This document shows positions 23,395 to 33,570 of a stretch of DNA of 64,000 nt, piece after piece (the first letter of the stretch is position 1; each line of letters starts with the position of its first letter). Made by a program: the position numbers and the translations under genes. Location of the stretch: assembly GCA_963779615.1 (NCBI GenBank), contig CAVZZA010000005.1, forward strand, positions 640,001-704,000, read 5' to 3'. Source of the DNA: an uncultured Nitrososphaeraceae archaeon. Its GTDB lineage: Archaea; Thermoproteota; Nitrososphaeria; Nitrososphaerales; Nitrososphaeraceae. The notes below the pieces were generated by a model. That model worked only from the letters and a program-made list of their open reading frames with translations, ran no database searches and had not been told where the DNA came from.

Positions 23395-25014
23395 CTAATC
23401 AGGCTCGGTATGTATTATTACTCTTGAAGCCCCGGTATTTTTCAAAATGAGATCCTGGATATTGGTTGCTATTTGATGCGCCTTCTCTACGGATAACTCC
23501 TCATTCTCCAGAGTGTTCTCTTTGTTGGTGTTTCTATCCATTTTGACATAGGAGGGACTCAACTTTATGGTGAGAGTGATGTGGACCTCATTGCCGGCAA
23601 ACACCAGGGCAACATTTTTGCAATCAGAAACACCGTTTACCGACAATGCGATATTTTTTATCTTATCGTAAAATGACTGGTCTGTCTTTTCCTCTTTACC
23701 AACCGATTTTTCAATATCCACCTCTGTCTCCATATGGGTGGTTATGTCTCTTATAGTTGAAATCTCACTCTGAATTTTCCTCTCAAAATCATCAACAATG
23801 TTATGGGCTGTTTTTAGGTTCAGAGTGCTGTCTATCTGAACGTCAAGATAAAGATGCAAAAGTTTAGATGAATCCTCACCATCATGTTCTTGCTTTTCAG
23901 TGGGGTTTACAGAATTTTGCTCAAATGGCGCGGCAAGATAAATTGAATGGATGTTTTTAATGGCAGGGTATTCTGTGGCTATTAACCGTATCTTGTCTTT
24001 TATTGTTTCTGTCAGATTATCCTGAACTGCATCAACATGGACTACAACATCAGAATTTGGCAGTATTTCATCTTTTATTTTATTCTCCACACTCGTTGCT
24101 ATTTTATGTGCCCTGTCATGAGTAAATATCCTCGGGACTTCTATATGCAGGTCAACAAAGGTTTCAGAACCCACCTTTCTTACACGAACGCTATGGGCAT
24201 TTTTTACCCCCTCAAATCCGGTCACGGACTCTAGTATATGCCCCTGAATGCCTTTAGGGGCTTTATCCAAAAGCACATCCAATGTCCTTCTCCCCAAACC
24301 CAGAGAGGAATAAACAATTACACCTGCCACTGTGATTGCGGCGTAGGAATCTGCGTTAGGAACGTTAAAAAGATAGACAATAACCAAACCGACAAGCACT
24401 ACACCCGAGGTTAGCATATCCGCCTTAAAATGCAACGCATCAGCCTCCAGTGCTTGGCTTCCATATTTTCGGGCGATCCTGTAGAGGGATTTTTGGCGGC
24501 CAAAGTCCACAGCAATCGAAACTATCATTATGGCAAAAGAGAAAACAGTTATTTCGGGTACGCTATGGACAAAAAAGATGCGTTCTATCCCCTCGTAGAA
24601 TATCCATCCGGCAACTGCAAACAAAAGGATCGTTTCTGCCAAGCTAGTCAGACTTTCAAATTTGGCATACCCATAATTATGGTCCAGATCCGGTGGCCTT
24701 ATGGCCATCCTTATTGCGTAAAGGGTCATAATTGCAGCTATTATATCCAATCCGGAATGCAAGGCTTCAGACAAAATTGCAAGGCTTCCAGTCACCATAG
24801 CCACAATGAATTTTGAAAGTGCAAGGGCTGCAGAGGCTATGATTGAAACTACAGCCACCCGTGTCTTTTCCCTGTGTTTCTCCTTTAGGGTAGTAACGCC
24901 ATCAAGCGATTTATTTACATTTCTATCCTTGTCAAAAGGGTGATCATCACTACCATTACCACCATCATTACCGTTTCGTGACTTTTTAGAATGACTATCC
25001 TTTCCCTTTACCAC
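23395..25014 (-). CDS. Cation diffusion facilitator (FieF-like) metal transporter with repeated C-terminal domains
   Basis: SEALHSGLD, HNYGYAKFE and LEADALHFKAD motifs, six TM segments, then three ZT_dimer-like repeats ending VHVD, THME and IHTEP. Confidence 0.9.
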   Translation of the reverse strand: MVKGKDSHSKKSRNGNDGGNGSDDHPFDKDRNVNKSLDGVTTLKEKHREKTRVAVVSIIASAALALSKFIVAMVTGSLAILSEALHSGLDIIAAIMTLYAIRMAIRPPDLDHNYGYAKFESLTSLAETILLFAVAGWIFYEGIERIFFVHSVPEITVFSFAIMIVSIAVDFGRQKSLYRIARKYGSQALEADALHFKADMLTSGVVLVGLVIVYLFNVPNADSYAAITVAGVIVYSSLGLGRRTLDVLLDKAPKGIQGHILESVTGFEGVKNAHSVRVRKVGSETFVDLHIEVPRIFTHDRAHKIATSVENKIKDEILPNSDVVVHVDAVQDNLTETIKDKIRLIATEYPAIKNIHSIYLAAPFEQNSVNPTEKQEHDGEDSSKLLHLYLDVQIDSTLNLKTAHNIVDDFERKIQSEISTIRDITTHMETEVDIEKSVGKEEKTDQSFYDKIKNIALSVNGVSDCKNVALVFAGNEVHITLTIKLSPSYVKMDRNTNKENTLENEELSVEKAHQIATNIQDLILKNTGASRVIIHTEPD

Positions 25015-25309
25015 TAATGCAAATAAAATAGAGATTTGTCATATATAATGGATTTGAAATGAATGGAGTCTGAATTTTTTAATGTTGTTTTGATGAAACA
25101 GTTCAGAAATACAATCTATTAAAAGTTGTAGTTCCAAATCGGCGTTTTTGCATCAAATCATTCTTGCATTTTAAAATCAATATTCTGCAAATAATTGCAG
25201 AAAATCAAGATAAATTGTAATAATATCAAACATCGCCCCACATAACCTAAAATTAAAATCCCTAACAAAATTGATTTATACCATAAAGTTGAATGGTATT
25301 ATTACTCTT

Positions 25310-25453
25310 ATGTGCGACTTCACAGACTATGGGATTGCAGAAGATAAACTAAGAATGAAGAAGAGAATCAGTGAAGAAGAGGAAAACTGGGATACAGAAC
25401 CTGAGCTTGAAAAAGTACAGGAAGAAAACGAACACATCATAATTACCCAGTAA
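25310..25453 (+). CDS. Possible small acidic protein (47 aa)
   Basis: ATG-initiated MCDFTDYG...EEEENWDTEPELEKVQEENEH with purine-rich, coding-like composition; no family recognised. Confidence 0.3.
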   Translation: MCDFTDYGIAEDKLRMKKRISEEEENWDTEPELEKVQEENEHIIITQ

Positions 25454-25758
25454 ACCTTATAGAGACATGGCAAAAAATTGACTTCAAAAACATACAAAAA
25501 AAACAACTCACTTTTTTTCTTTCAAAAAAACAAGAGGAGTGAAAAAAAAGAAATGGAAACTGATTTCACACATATTTTCAATTTCCGTGCAACAATGCAC
25601 ACACAAATAGTAATAGACTCATTAAAGCACTGGGGAGCATTTGGAAAAGTTAAAGTCAGGAAATGAGTGACCAGAGAGTAGGAGTAATGACGCAATTGGC
25701 CTTTGCCCCATAAGTTAAGAATTAATATATCCCCATACAACCCTTTTTTCGATAAAAT

Positions 25759-26577
25759 ATGTCTTTAAAGTTAAAGTTAAAACATATTTTTATCATATCA
25801 ATCATAATCATCTCAAGTGTCCCAGCCAGCACTACCACCCCCATCATTACCGCTTTCATCCCACCAACAAAACAGGCAGGCCATGCTGATGCTGATGCTG
25901 ATGCTGCCGCCACGGCCTTTGCTCTTTCTGATGATGAAAGGTATAATTCAGGATATGATCATGGGTGCTCTGATGCCAACGCAGAAGATCATCCATATCT
26001 GGACAACAGTGGTGGCAAAAGTAGCCACACAGCCATATTTATGCAGGGGTACAATGATGGCTACAGCGAATGCCAGGACAAGGATTCAAAAACAAACAGC
26101 GATAATGGCGTTTCTGATTCACATGCAAACAGCACAGATTCAGAACCAGGTGGCAAGGCCCTTTTATCCAAGCAAAATGAAAATACTGATTCACCATCTT
26201 CACCTAACTCTACTTCTTTTCATGCCATAGATTTCCTAAAAAGCCATTCTAAAATATTTGGTTTAATTATTTTATCCTTGGGTTTATTTTTGTCTGTGCT
26301 TGGCCTCGTTGCGTTTAGAAGGCGAAATAAAAGAAAAAAATCTAGGGAAAGAAAGGGCTTTCCCAACCATGTTAAGCAAAACATCTTAAGAAAACAGGAT
26401 CACAAATGCGCTCACTGCAGAAGGATACTAAATGTGGTAGACTGGGACCATAAAAACGGGGACAGGTCAAACAACCATGAAAACAACTGCCAGGCATTGT
26501 GCCCAAACTGCCATGCAATAAAGACCAGGAAGGAACAGGGCAAAAGAGGTAGCGTTGTCAAGAAGGAACTTTTTTAA
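25759..26577 (+). CDS. Membrane-anchored protein with C-terminal HNH endonuclease domain
   Basis: Signal-like N-terminus, YNSGYDHGC...MQGYNDGYSEC domain, TM helix IFGLIILSLGLFLSVLGLVAF, basic stop-transfer run, then CAHC...DWDHKNGDRSNN...NCQALCPNCH. Confidence 0.8.
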   Translation: MSLKLKLKHIFIISIIIISSVPASTTTPIITAFIPPTKQAGHADADADAAATAFALSDDERYNSGYDHGCSDANAEDHPYLDNSGGKSSHTAIFMQGYNDGYSECQDKDSKTNSDNGVSDSHANSTDSEPGGKALLSKQNENTDSPSSPNSTSFHAIDFLKSHSKIFGLIILSLGLFLSVLGLVAFRRRNKRKKSRERKGFPNHVKQNILRKQDHKCAHCRRILNVVDWDHKNGDRSNNHENNCQALCPNCHAIKTRKEQGKRGSVVKKELF

Positions 26578-27321
26578 GTTTATGTTTTTCTCCATCTCTT
26601 TTATCGCCATTTTTTTATCAGACAGGTGAAAAAAGATAAGCAAACATACGAGATGGCATGTATAGGTTTTTAATTCTTTTTTTAAATGTTGATAAAAACT
26701 AAGCATTTTTTTGGGAATGAGCGTTCCTTTATGGTATATTTAGGGTCGGTCCATAAAAAAGTAAATTTAATTTCCAATCTAAGCGGATTAGAAAGATTCT
26801 CAGAACAGTATTAGTAACAATAGGGCAAAATGAATATTTGTAGCAATTAACAATTTGATTACTGCATAGAACAGAAAAGTGGATGTTAACGAATGATGAT
26901 GAATTCCTCAAACCCAAAAGCAGTAGATCATGATATGCCACTGGCAAAGCATCTATTGTTTGCCCCTCATAACAAAAGCTCTTAATAACCCGTGTACAGT
27001 TTTTCAAAGGTGAAGAGCCTTGAAAAAAGTAACTGATTTTTAATTTTGAGCACAGTAGTTACAAAAATCCAAACGAAAACTTTAGGTCAGTCATCCTTAA
27101 TTTAACAATACTAAATGTTTTGGATTTGCAAAAAACCTCATCACTAGATTAAAACAAACAGTTAAAGGCTAAATTGACAAAACAATTTACAATCAGCTAT
27201 TCTATACTCTTGGAAAAGACTATAATCGCGATGCTGGACCCGCATGAATTTTACAACAATTTTAAATATGCATAATCAACTGACATCCTAAAAAAAAGAA
27301 AGAAATGTTTATTTTCCCAAT

Positions 27322-27343
27322 TTGAATGGATATATCCATTCAA
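27322..27343. terminator. Perfect 22-bp palindrome downstream of array gene 1
   Basis: TTGAATGGATATATCCATTCAA, followed on the minus strand by T-rich sequence; function inferred. Confidence 0.45.
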
Positions 27344-27369
27344 GTCTACAGATATATTTTCCGGTTTAC

Positions 27370-27719
27370 TTAGCCTGTTGAGTTTGTTGAGTTTGCCGCT
27401 AACTGCTGATGCTGCTAGGTTGTCGCTCTGGTCATTGAACCCTTTTGCGTCGTTGTCTTCGCCGGCTATCTGTTGGCCTTCATTGGATTGTTGACAGCTC
27501 GTCACCCCTATAACATTCGTTGTCTTGGCTTAAGTGTTGATTTACACGTTTGGATTGTGAATCTTTTTGAATGCTTTGTTTAAGGTCTGATGTATTTTTG
27601 TCTTTTTTGTGGTCGTCATTGCCCTTGTCTGCAAATGACTGCATTGGCGTTATGCTAGTTCCAAGGACTAGTAATGATGTTATTACTGCTATTGCTAATA
27701 AACTCTTTGTATTGCTCAT
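27370..27719 (-). pseudogene. Secreted Q/N-rich array protein, copy 1 (short form), two apparent frameshifts
   Basis: Signal peptide ...GTSITPMQSFA, QDNECYRGD / CQQSNEGQQIAGEDNDAKGFNDQSDNL. By homology to copy 2 it ends ANSTNSTG* at 27370. The breaks may be sequencing errors. Confidence 0.75.
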
Positions 27720-28067
27720 ACTTGAGACTAACGTGAGCCTTATAGTATATTTAGAATAGGTATATTAAAAACGTGGTTTTGTTTGTTATCAATTAACAAT
27801 AAGAATACCAACACAATTTTGCCAATATCAATAGCATTAAGTGAACAGCCGAATAAATGAAACTGACAAATCGTAAATAAAAGCATTATATAAATTTGCG
27901 CTATATTGTACGCAACTAATTATTCACAGATTGTCCTTTGTTAAATCAAGTTTACCGTCGTGGAGACTTTCTCCCCCTTCCGGCAGATGTTAAAATGACT
28001 AAAAATCCAAGAAGAGCAGAAACCAAAATGAAAAAAAATAAAAAGAAAGAAATAGAAATACATCTAC

Positions 28068-28091
28068 CTTGAATGGATACATCCATTCAAG
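28068..28091. terminator. Palindrome downstream of array gene 2
   Basis: CTTGAATGGAT-AC-ATCCATTCAAG, homologous to 27322-27343, followed by T-runs on the minus strand. Confidence 0.45.
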
Positions 28092-28118
28092 TTTGTTGCT
28101 ATTTTTTTAGGGGTTTAC

Positions 28119-28448
28119 TTAACTTGTAGAGTTTGTTGCGTTGAATGATGCTTCGAGGTTGTCGCTTTGGTCATTGAACCCTTTTGCGTCATTGTCTTCA
28201 CCGGCTATCTGTTGGCCCTGGTTTGCTTGTTCGGCGCCATTGCTTCGGTATGCAAAGTTGTCCTGGTCCATGTGTTGGTTTGCGCTCTTTTTGTCTATTT
28301 GAGATTTTGCACTTATGGATGATTTGAAGTCCTTGGTTTTTTTGTGGTCGTCTCCGCCTGCAAAGGATTTCATCTGGACTAAACTTGTTCCCATAACTAG
28401 TAATGATGTTATGGCTGCAATCATTAACATTTTGTTTGTATTGTTCAT
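28119..28448 (-). CDS. Secreted Q/N-rich array protein, copy 2 (short, Cys-free form)
   Basis: MNNT signal peptide ending SFA; core QDNFAYRSNGAEQANQGQQIAGEDNDAKGFNDQSDN; tail NATNSTS. Confidence 0.85.
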   Translation of the reverse strand: MNNTNKMLMIAAITSLLVMGTSLVQMKSFAGGDDHKKTKDFKSSISAKSQIDKKSANQHMDQDNFAYRSNGAEQANQGQQIAGEDNDAKGFNDQSDNLEASFNATNSTS

Positions 28449-28550
28449 ACTTGGAATTCAGATGCATTTGATGGTATATCTAAGATTAGTCTGTTCATTC
28501 TCGATGTTAATTTTAAGTTTATCAACCTAAAAAAATCAGCATAACATTAT
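28449..28550 (-). promoter_or_regulatory. Conserved ~102-bp upstream module of array gene 2
   Basis: Reverse complement reads ATAATGTTATGCTGATTTTTTTAGGTTGATAAA...TTAGATATA...CAAGT-ATG. Confidence 0.75.
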
Positions 28551-29214
28551 CACAAAACCTTATTAACGAAGGCTAATGAATATAGACTTTTAAATAATGA
28601 TGAGTATTCATCATATTACGAAATATGCCCTTATCCAGTTAAGTCATCGATTGAACATATTCAAAATTCAAAAACAAAAAGGTAAAACAAATACTTGAAG
28701 CGGATTTATTTTTTGGCATGTAACCCTTTTTATAATAAATTAGTAGTATTAATACACCCTTGAATGATTCCTAAATATATAAAGTCACAAAGTGAATTTA
28801 AACATATTGCCAACTCTTCATGAGAAAAACTTTTTCATTACACTTGCTATCAATTATACGAAATAAAGTTAAAAAACAAAGTTGCCAACACCGAATCAGT
28901 TAACAAAACATGGATTATTCGGGAGAAGGGGTAAGAAAAGGTTTAACCATAAAATGCAAACACTATTTTTGAGTTTTTTTAAGTTGATTACCACATATTA
29001 AATAACAAATCAGGAAATCGCAAAATAGATGGCAAAAAGGTGATCTTGTGAATGTCAATTAATTTTTTACAATACATTAAAAAAAATTAACAGTTTTCGA
29101 CAAGACTTGGCTTTAACTTTGCTTATTATGAGCTTTCTTCGAGGAACAATGGCAGAGGCCAAAAAAAAAGAGAAGCAATGACCAAATGCACTGAAACATC
29201 TATGTGGTGGAACA

Positions 29215-29676
29215 TCAAGCGGTGGGGTTACTGATATTTGCGGCTACAATAGGACTTGCGATGTCATCGTATGTGACAGTGCAAACCTTTGTTTGGCCAT
29301 TACCAATAACACCTGAGCAATCGGATGAATAGGTAACGGTGTACCCATCTACCGGATAGTCCGAATCTGATGTCACTTTATAATTTCCGGCATCAAAGCT
29401 ATTTTGTGAATTTCCTTCCTCATCACCAGAAGAGCACTGCAGGCTTGAGCTGTCTTCATTTGATGTATCAATACAATTGGAGAAATCAGAGGCTTCTTTA
29501 GTTCCACCATTGTCATTGATGACGTGTGTTGTAATTCGCAGGGTTCCAACGGAGGACTCAAAGTCTTGGGCATGTGCAGGCATACAGGATGTAGAGATCA
29601 ACAGGCAAAAGATCGGTATGGCAATTGCCATAGCCGTTCTTGAAAAACTATCCCTTATGGCAAGTAAATTTTTCAT
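29215..29676 (-). CDS. Secreted protein with one prealbumin/SpaA-like beta-sandwich domain
   Basis: Signal peptide ending AHA; GTLRITTHVINDNGGTKEASDF...YKVT...YTVTYSSDCSGVIGNGQTKVCTVTYDD. Divergently transcribed from array gene 3. Confidence 0.7.
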   Translation of the reverse strand: MKNLLAIRDSFSRTAMAIAIPIFCLLISTSCMPAHAQDFESSVGTLRITTHVINDNGGTKEASDFSNCIDTSNEDSSSLQCSSGDEEGNSQNSFDAGNYKVTSDSDYPVDGYTVTYSSDCSGVIGNGQTKVCTVTYDDIASPIVAANISNPTA

Positions 29677-29777
29677 AACGTTATCCCATCACAGGACTCT
29701 AAAAACGTGACGCATTAATTCATTTGATAAATAAACTGTAAAAATTACACTGAACATTCCTTTTAAAGTATTTTGTG

Positions 29778-29879
29778 TTAATGTTACACTAATCTTTTCA
29801 GGTGGATAAATCCAAAATTAGCATAGGGAATAAAAAGACCCATTTTAAATATACTATAATGTGCCTATGAATTGCAAGT
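29778..29879 (+). promoter_or_regulatory. Conserved ~102-bp upstream module of array gene 3
   Basis: TTAATGTTACACTAATCTTTTCAGGTGGATAAA, TATA-like TTAAATATA (29845-29853), CAAGT-ATG. Confidence 0.75.
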
Positions 29880-30194
29880 ATGAACAATACAAGAAATTTG
29901 TTATTGATAACCATAGTCACAGCAACACTGGTTATGGGGACAAGCGTCATCCCAATGCAGTCATACGCAGACCAACATAAAAAAACTGGTGACTTCAAAT
30001 CATCAATAAAGGCAAGTTTTGATTCAGACAAAAGGAGCGCAAGCCAACACATGGACCAGGACAACTTCTGCTACAGAAGTGACAATTGCAACCAAGCCAA
30101 CCAGGGACAGCAAGTAGTGGGCGAAGACAACGACGCAAAAGGGTTCAATGACCAGAGCGACAACATCGCTTTAGCAAATACAACAGACACATAA
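29880..30194 (+). CDS. Secreted Q/N-rich array protein, copy 3 (short form)
   Basis: Signal peptide ...GTSVIPMQSYA; core QDNFCYRSDNCNQANQGQQVVGEDNDAKGFNDQSDN; tail NTTDT. Confidence 0.85.
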   Translation: MNNTRNLLLITIVTATLVMGTSVIPMQSYADQHKKTGDFKSSIKASFDSDKRSASQHMDQDNFCYRSDNCNQANQGQQVVGEDNDAKGFNDQSDNIALANTTDT

Positions 30195-30754
30195 ACATAA
30201 AAACACATAAAAACATAATCTTTTTTTGCCAGCATATTTTTTATTTTGTATCAATTCAAACCATCAATAAAATTTAAAAACATTGCCAAATCTTTTGAAA
30301 AACCAGATAAAGAATTAAATAAAATCTATGCAATCATGAGTGTAACTAATTTAATCCAACGTACATTGATAACACATCATTCAAATCCCCTTTACCAGCC
30401 AACATAACAATCAATTGAAAACCGCACCAGTATACCATTCTGCATTATACCGCAATCCTGTTTAACCAAATGATAATGCAAACAAGTTTAGAAATAAAAA
30501 TTCACTTTTAACTACACAACTTACACACAAATTCCTTCATCATCAAATATACCATATTACTCAGCCATAGAACATGATGACTGAGTGGTTTAGAACACAC
30601 CGGCCAGCATATTCTGTAATCCTATGCAAAATACACACAATCCCATTAATGCGCATAGGTTTCCCATTATAGCATTAACATGTAAAAAAGACATGGCCAT
30701 CATGCTAAACTATTACAGAAAGCACAGGACACATAAATTTGTAGATAATATTAA

Positions 30755-31710
30755 AAACCTATCCCAAAATTCGATAGGATTATAGCTAGTTGTAATTATC
30801 GCCAATCTGTGATCTGTATCCATAAGGTGGATAAAATAAATGGTGGAAAGGATAATCGTACCATCATAACCATTCCAGACAAGTTGTGGAATGAAATTGG
30901 GAATATCCTACCCAAAGAGAAACCATTTAAAACTGTAGGCCGGCCAATTGTGCCATTTAGAAAAGTGCTTGACGGAATCCTTTACATTCTGAGAACAGGA
31001 TGTCAGTGGAAATGCTTCCAAAAGAATATGGCTCAGGCTCCACCTGTCACAGAAGATTCCAGCAATGGGTTGGTTTGGATGTCTTCAAAAAGACATGGAT
31101 GAGATTACTGACAACCTATGATAAAATCGTTGGTATCAACTGGACATGGCAATCACTTGATTCCATATCCATAAAGTCGCCTTTGGGGGGGCAATGACCG
31201 GAAACAATCCCACAGACAGAGGCAAACTGGGCACAAAAAGACACATTCTGACATACAAGAAAGGCATCCCGCTGTCTGCGGTCATATCTTCTGCCAGTAC
31301 CCATGACATTAAGCTGGTAACAAATGTGGTTGATAGCATTGTTATCAAGCAACGACGACCGTCATCATATGAGCCTAAATCAGGAAGAGGAAAACTGCAA
31401 CAGCATCTATGTCTTGACAAGGCATACAATTCTGAACCTGAGGAACAGGAACTAATCAAACGGGGGTATGTATTGCACATGCCACACAAGAGAAAGAAAG
31501 GAGAAGCAGCTGATGAACAAAAAACAAAAGTGGCACCACATCATAAAAAACATTCTCCCAAGAGATGGGTTGTGGAGAGAACAAACTCATGGCACAACAG
31601 GTTTCGAAAACTGTTCACACGATATGAAAAGAAGGTTGAGAGCTATCTGGGGTTGGTACAGTTCTCATGTTGTATAATCACCTATAGAAATATAATTTTG
31701 GGATAGGCTC
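30755..31710 (+). mobile_element. IS5-family insertion sequence, copy 2
   Basis: Terminal inverted repeats AAACCTATCCCAAAATT / AATTTTGGGATAGGCTC and TAA target duplication (30752-30754, 31711-31713). Confidence 0.9.
30809..31706 (+). CDS. IS5 transposase in three pieces (DUF4096-like N-terminus plus DDE domain); start uncertain
   Basis: IPDKLWNEI...GRP...[15 protein letters not shown] / [19 protein letters not shown]...SIKSPLGG / MTGNNPTDRGKLGTKRHIL...DKAY...RWVVERTNSW. Breaks near 31010 (A-run) and 31190 (G7). Confidence 0.85.
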
Positions 31711-31742
31711 TAAATAGAAGATTGAAAATTAAATTGGTAGTG

Positions 31743-31844
31743 TTAATGTTATATTGATTTTTTTAGGTGGATAAACCCAAAAAGACAATCTAGTATTAAT
31801 AAACATACTTCATATATATGAATAAATGTAACTCAATTGCAATT
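31743..31844 (+). promoter_or_regulatory. Diverged upstream module of array remnant (copy 4)
   Basis: TTAATGTTATATTGATTTTTTTAGGTGGATAAA begins exactly 102 nt before ATG 31845. Confidence 0.65.
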
Positions 31845-31970
31845 ATGTGCAAAACCAATACCACATTGGCAATGACAACCATTATAACGTTATTACATAT
31901 GGGAACAAGTGTTATCCACATGCAATCATATGCAGGCCGTAGCGACCAACAACAAAAACGTCTAGATTAG
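31845..31970 (+). pseudogene. Truncated array gene remnant, copy 4 (41 aa, not in ORF track)
   Basis: Translates MCKTNTTLAMTTIITLLHMGTSVIHMQSYAGRSDQQQKRLD*, a decayed version of the copy 8-10 N-terminus; the core is absent. Confidence 0.8.
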
Positions 31971-32004
31971 TTTATAGTAATAATGCAGCGTTAGATAATA
32001 TATG

Positions 32005-32106
32005 TTAATGTTACACTAATCTTTTCAGGTGGATAAACCCAAAATTAGCATAGGGAATCAAACGACGCATTTCAAATATACCTATAACTGCACCTAAACT
32101 GCAAGT
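32005..32106 (+). promoter_or_regulatory. Conserved upstream module of array gene 5
   Basis: First ~54 bp nearly identical to 29778-29830; TCAAATATA; CAAGT-ATG. Confidence 0.75.
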
Positions 32107-32772
32107 ATGAACAATACAAAAAACATTTTAGTGATAGCATTAATCACAGCAACACTCGTTTTGGGTACAAGCGTTATCCCGATGCAGTCATATGCAGACA
32201 GGGACAATAACGACGACCACAAAAAAGGCAAGGACTATAAATCATCAATAATCGCAGGCTCCGAATCAGACAAAAAGAGCGCAAGCCAGCACCAGGACCA
32301 GGACAACTTCTGCTACAGGGGCGACGACTGCGAGCAAGCAAACCAGGGACAGCAAGTAGTGGGCAAGGACAACGACGCAAAGGGATTCAATGACCAAAGC
32401 GACAACCTCGACCTAGCCGCAATAGGAGCAGGAAACGGTAACGGAAATAAAACAGGCAACGGTAACGGAAATGGCGGAGATCCGAAAGAAAAAGCATGTG
32501 AAGATTGCTTTAAAAATGGTTTAAGCGCCCCCGGTAAATTTCGTCAGTTCGAAACTGCATTGGCCGCTGGAATAACAGTTGGTGGAACAACCTACACTAG
32601 CCTGGCACAGATATGTGCAGCATTGGATGCTAAAACTCTAGACCTCGCTGGTGTATTGGGTATACTTGAGAAAGCGTTGAGCGGTGAGTCAAATGGGCCA
32701 CAGATAAAAGCAGTACTTGATTGTCTGCACCTCCTGTTCAACATTCCATTACCACCTGCCATAGTTAGGTAA
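32107..32772 (+). CDS. Secreted Q/N-rich array protein, copy 5, with GN linker and Cys-containing helical C-domain
   Basis: Conserved core, GNGNGNKTGNGNGNGG linker, then ACEDCF...SLAQICAAL...VLDCL. Confidence 0.85.
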   Translation: MNNTKNILVIALITATLVLGTSVIPMQSYADRDNNDDHKKGKDYKSSIIAGSESDKKSASQHQDQDNFCYRGDDCEQANQGQQVVGKDNDAKGFNDQSDNLDLAAIGAGNGNGNKTGNGNGNGGDPKEKACEDCFKNGLSAPGKFRQFETALAAGITVGGTTYTSLAQICAALDAKTLDLAGVLGILEKALSGESNGPQIKAVLDCLHLLFNIPLPPAIVR

Positions 32773-33142
32773 CAGCCCCAAGAGCACTTCCCAAAATTTT
32801 TTTGACAAAAAACCTACTTTTTTTCCAACTTTCAAACACCAATGAAAAGATCATAAACTCCAATCGCAAAAAGTTAACGATATTTTCTTGACCTTGATCC
32901 GCAATTGCATTTCAAGTCAACTGCCGTATCTGCCTTGCTGCGATAATTTGCAATTTGCATAACAATAAAATCCGTATGATAGCCCATTTCCCATCCAATA
33001 TCAATATATCAATCTTGCCAATAGTTTCTTCCACCCAATTGTTTCGCAATGAACTTTGATTTTTAAAAAATCATTTTTATCATCACCAAGTCATTAACAT
33101 AGGCTAAATTTTTTTTATACATTTAACACAAGATATTTTATA

Positions 33143-33244
33143 TTATTTTCATAGTATCCTTTTTAGGTACATAAATCCAAAATGAGCGTCGGGTATGAAT
33201 AGACCAACCTCACATATACCATAAAATGCATCTGAATTCCAAGT
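33143..33244 (+). promoter_or_regulatory. Diverged upstream module of array gene 6
   Basis: TTTTTAGGTACATAAATCCAAAAT...CATATACCATAAAATGCATCTGAATTCCAAGT-ATG; proximal part nearly identical to that of copy 2. Confidence 0.65.
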
Positions 33245-33570
33245 ATGAACAATACAAACAAAATGTTAATGATTGCAGCCATAACATCATTACTGGTTAT
33301 GGGAACAAGTTTAGTCCAGATGAAATCCTTTGCAGGCGGCGAGGAGCACAAAAAAACAAAGGACTTCAAATCCTCAATCAGCGAAAAAACCCAAGTAGAC
33401 AAAAAGAGCGCAAGCCAACACCAAGACCAAGACAACTTTGCTACAGAGGCAAGGTGCCGAGCAAGCAAACCAGGGACAGCAAATCATAGGTGAAGACAAC
33501 GATGCAAAAGGGATTCAATGACCAGAGCGACAACCTCATTGCATTAGAGAATGCAACTGGTGCAGCATAA
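33245..33570 (+). pseudogene. Secreted Q/N-rich array protein, copy 6 (short form), several indels at 33438-33512
   Basis: First 32 aa identical to copy 2. The core EQANQGQQIIGEDNDAK / GFNDQSDNLIALENATGAA* is recoverable across frames. Confidence 0.75.
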
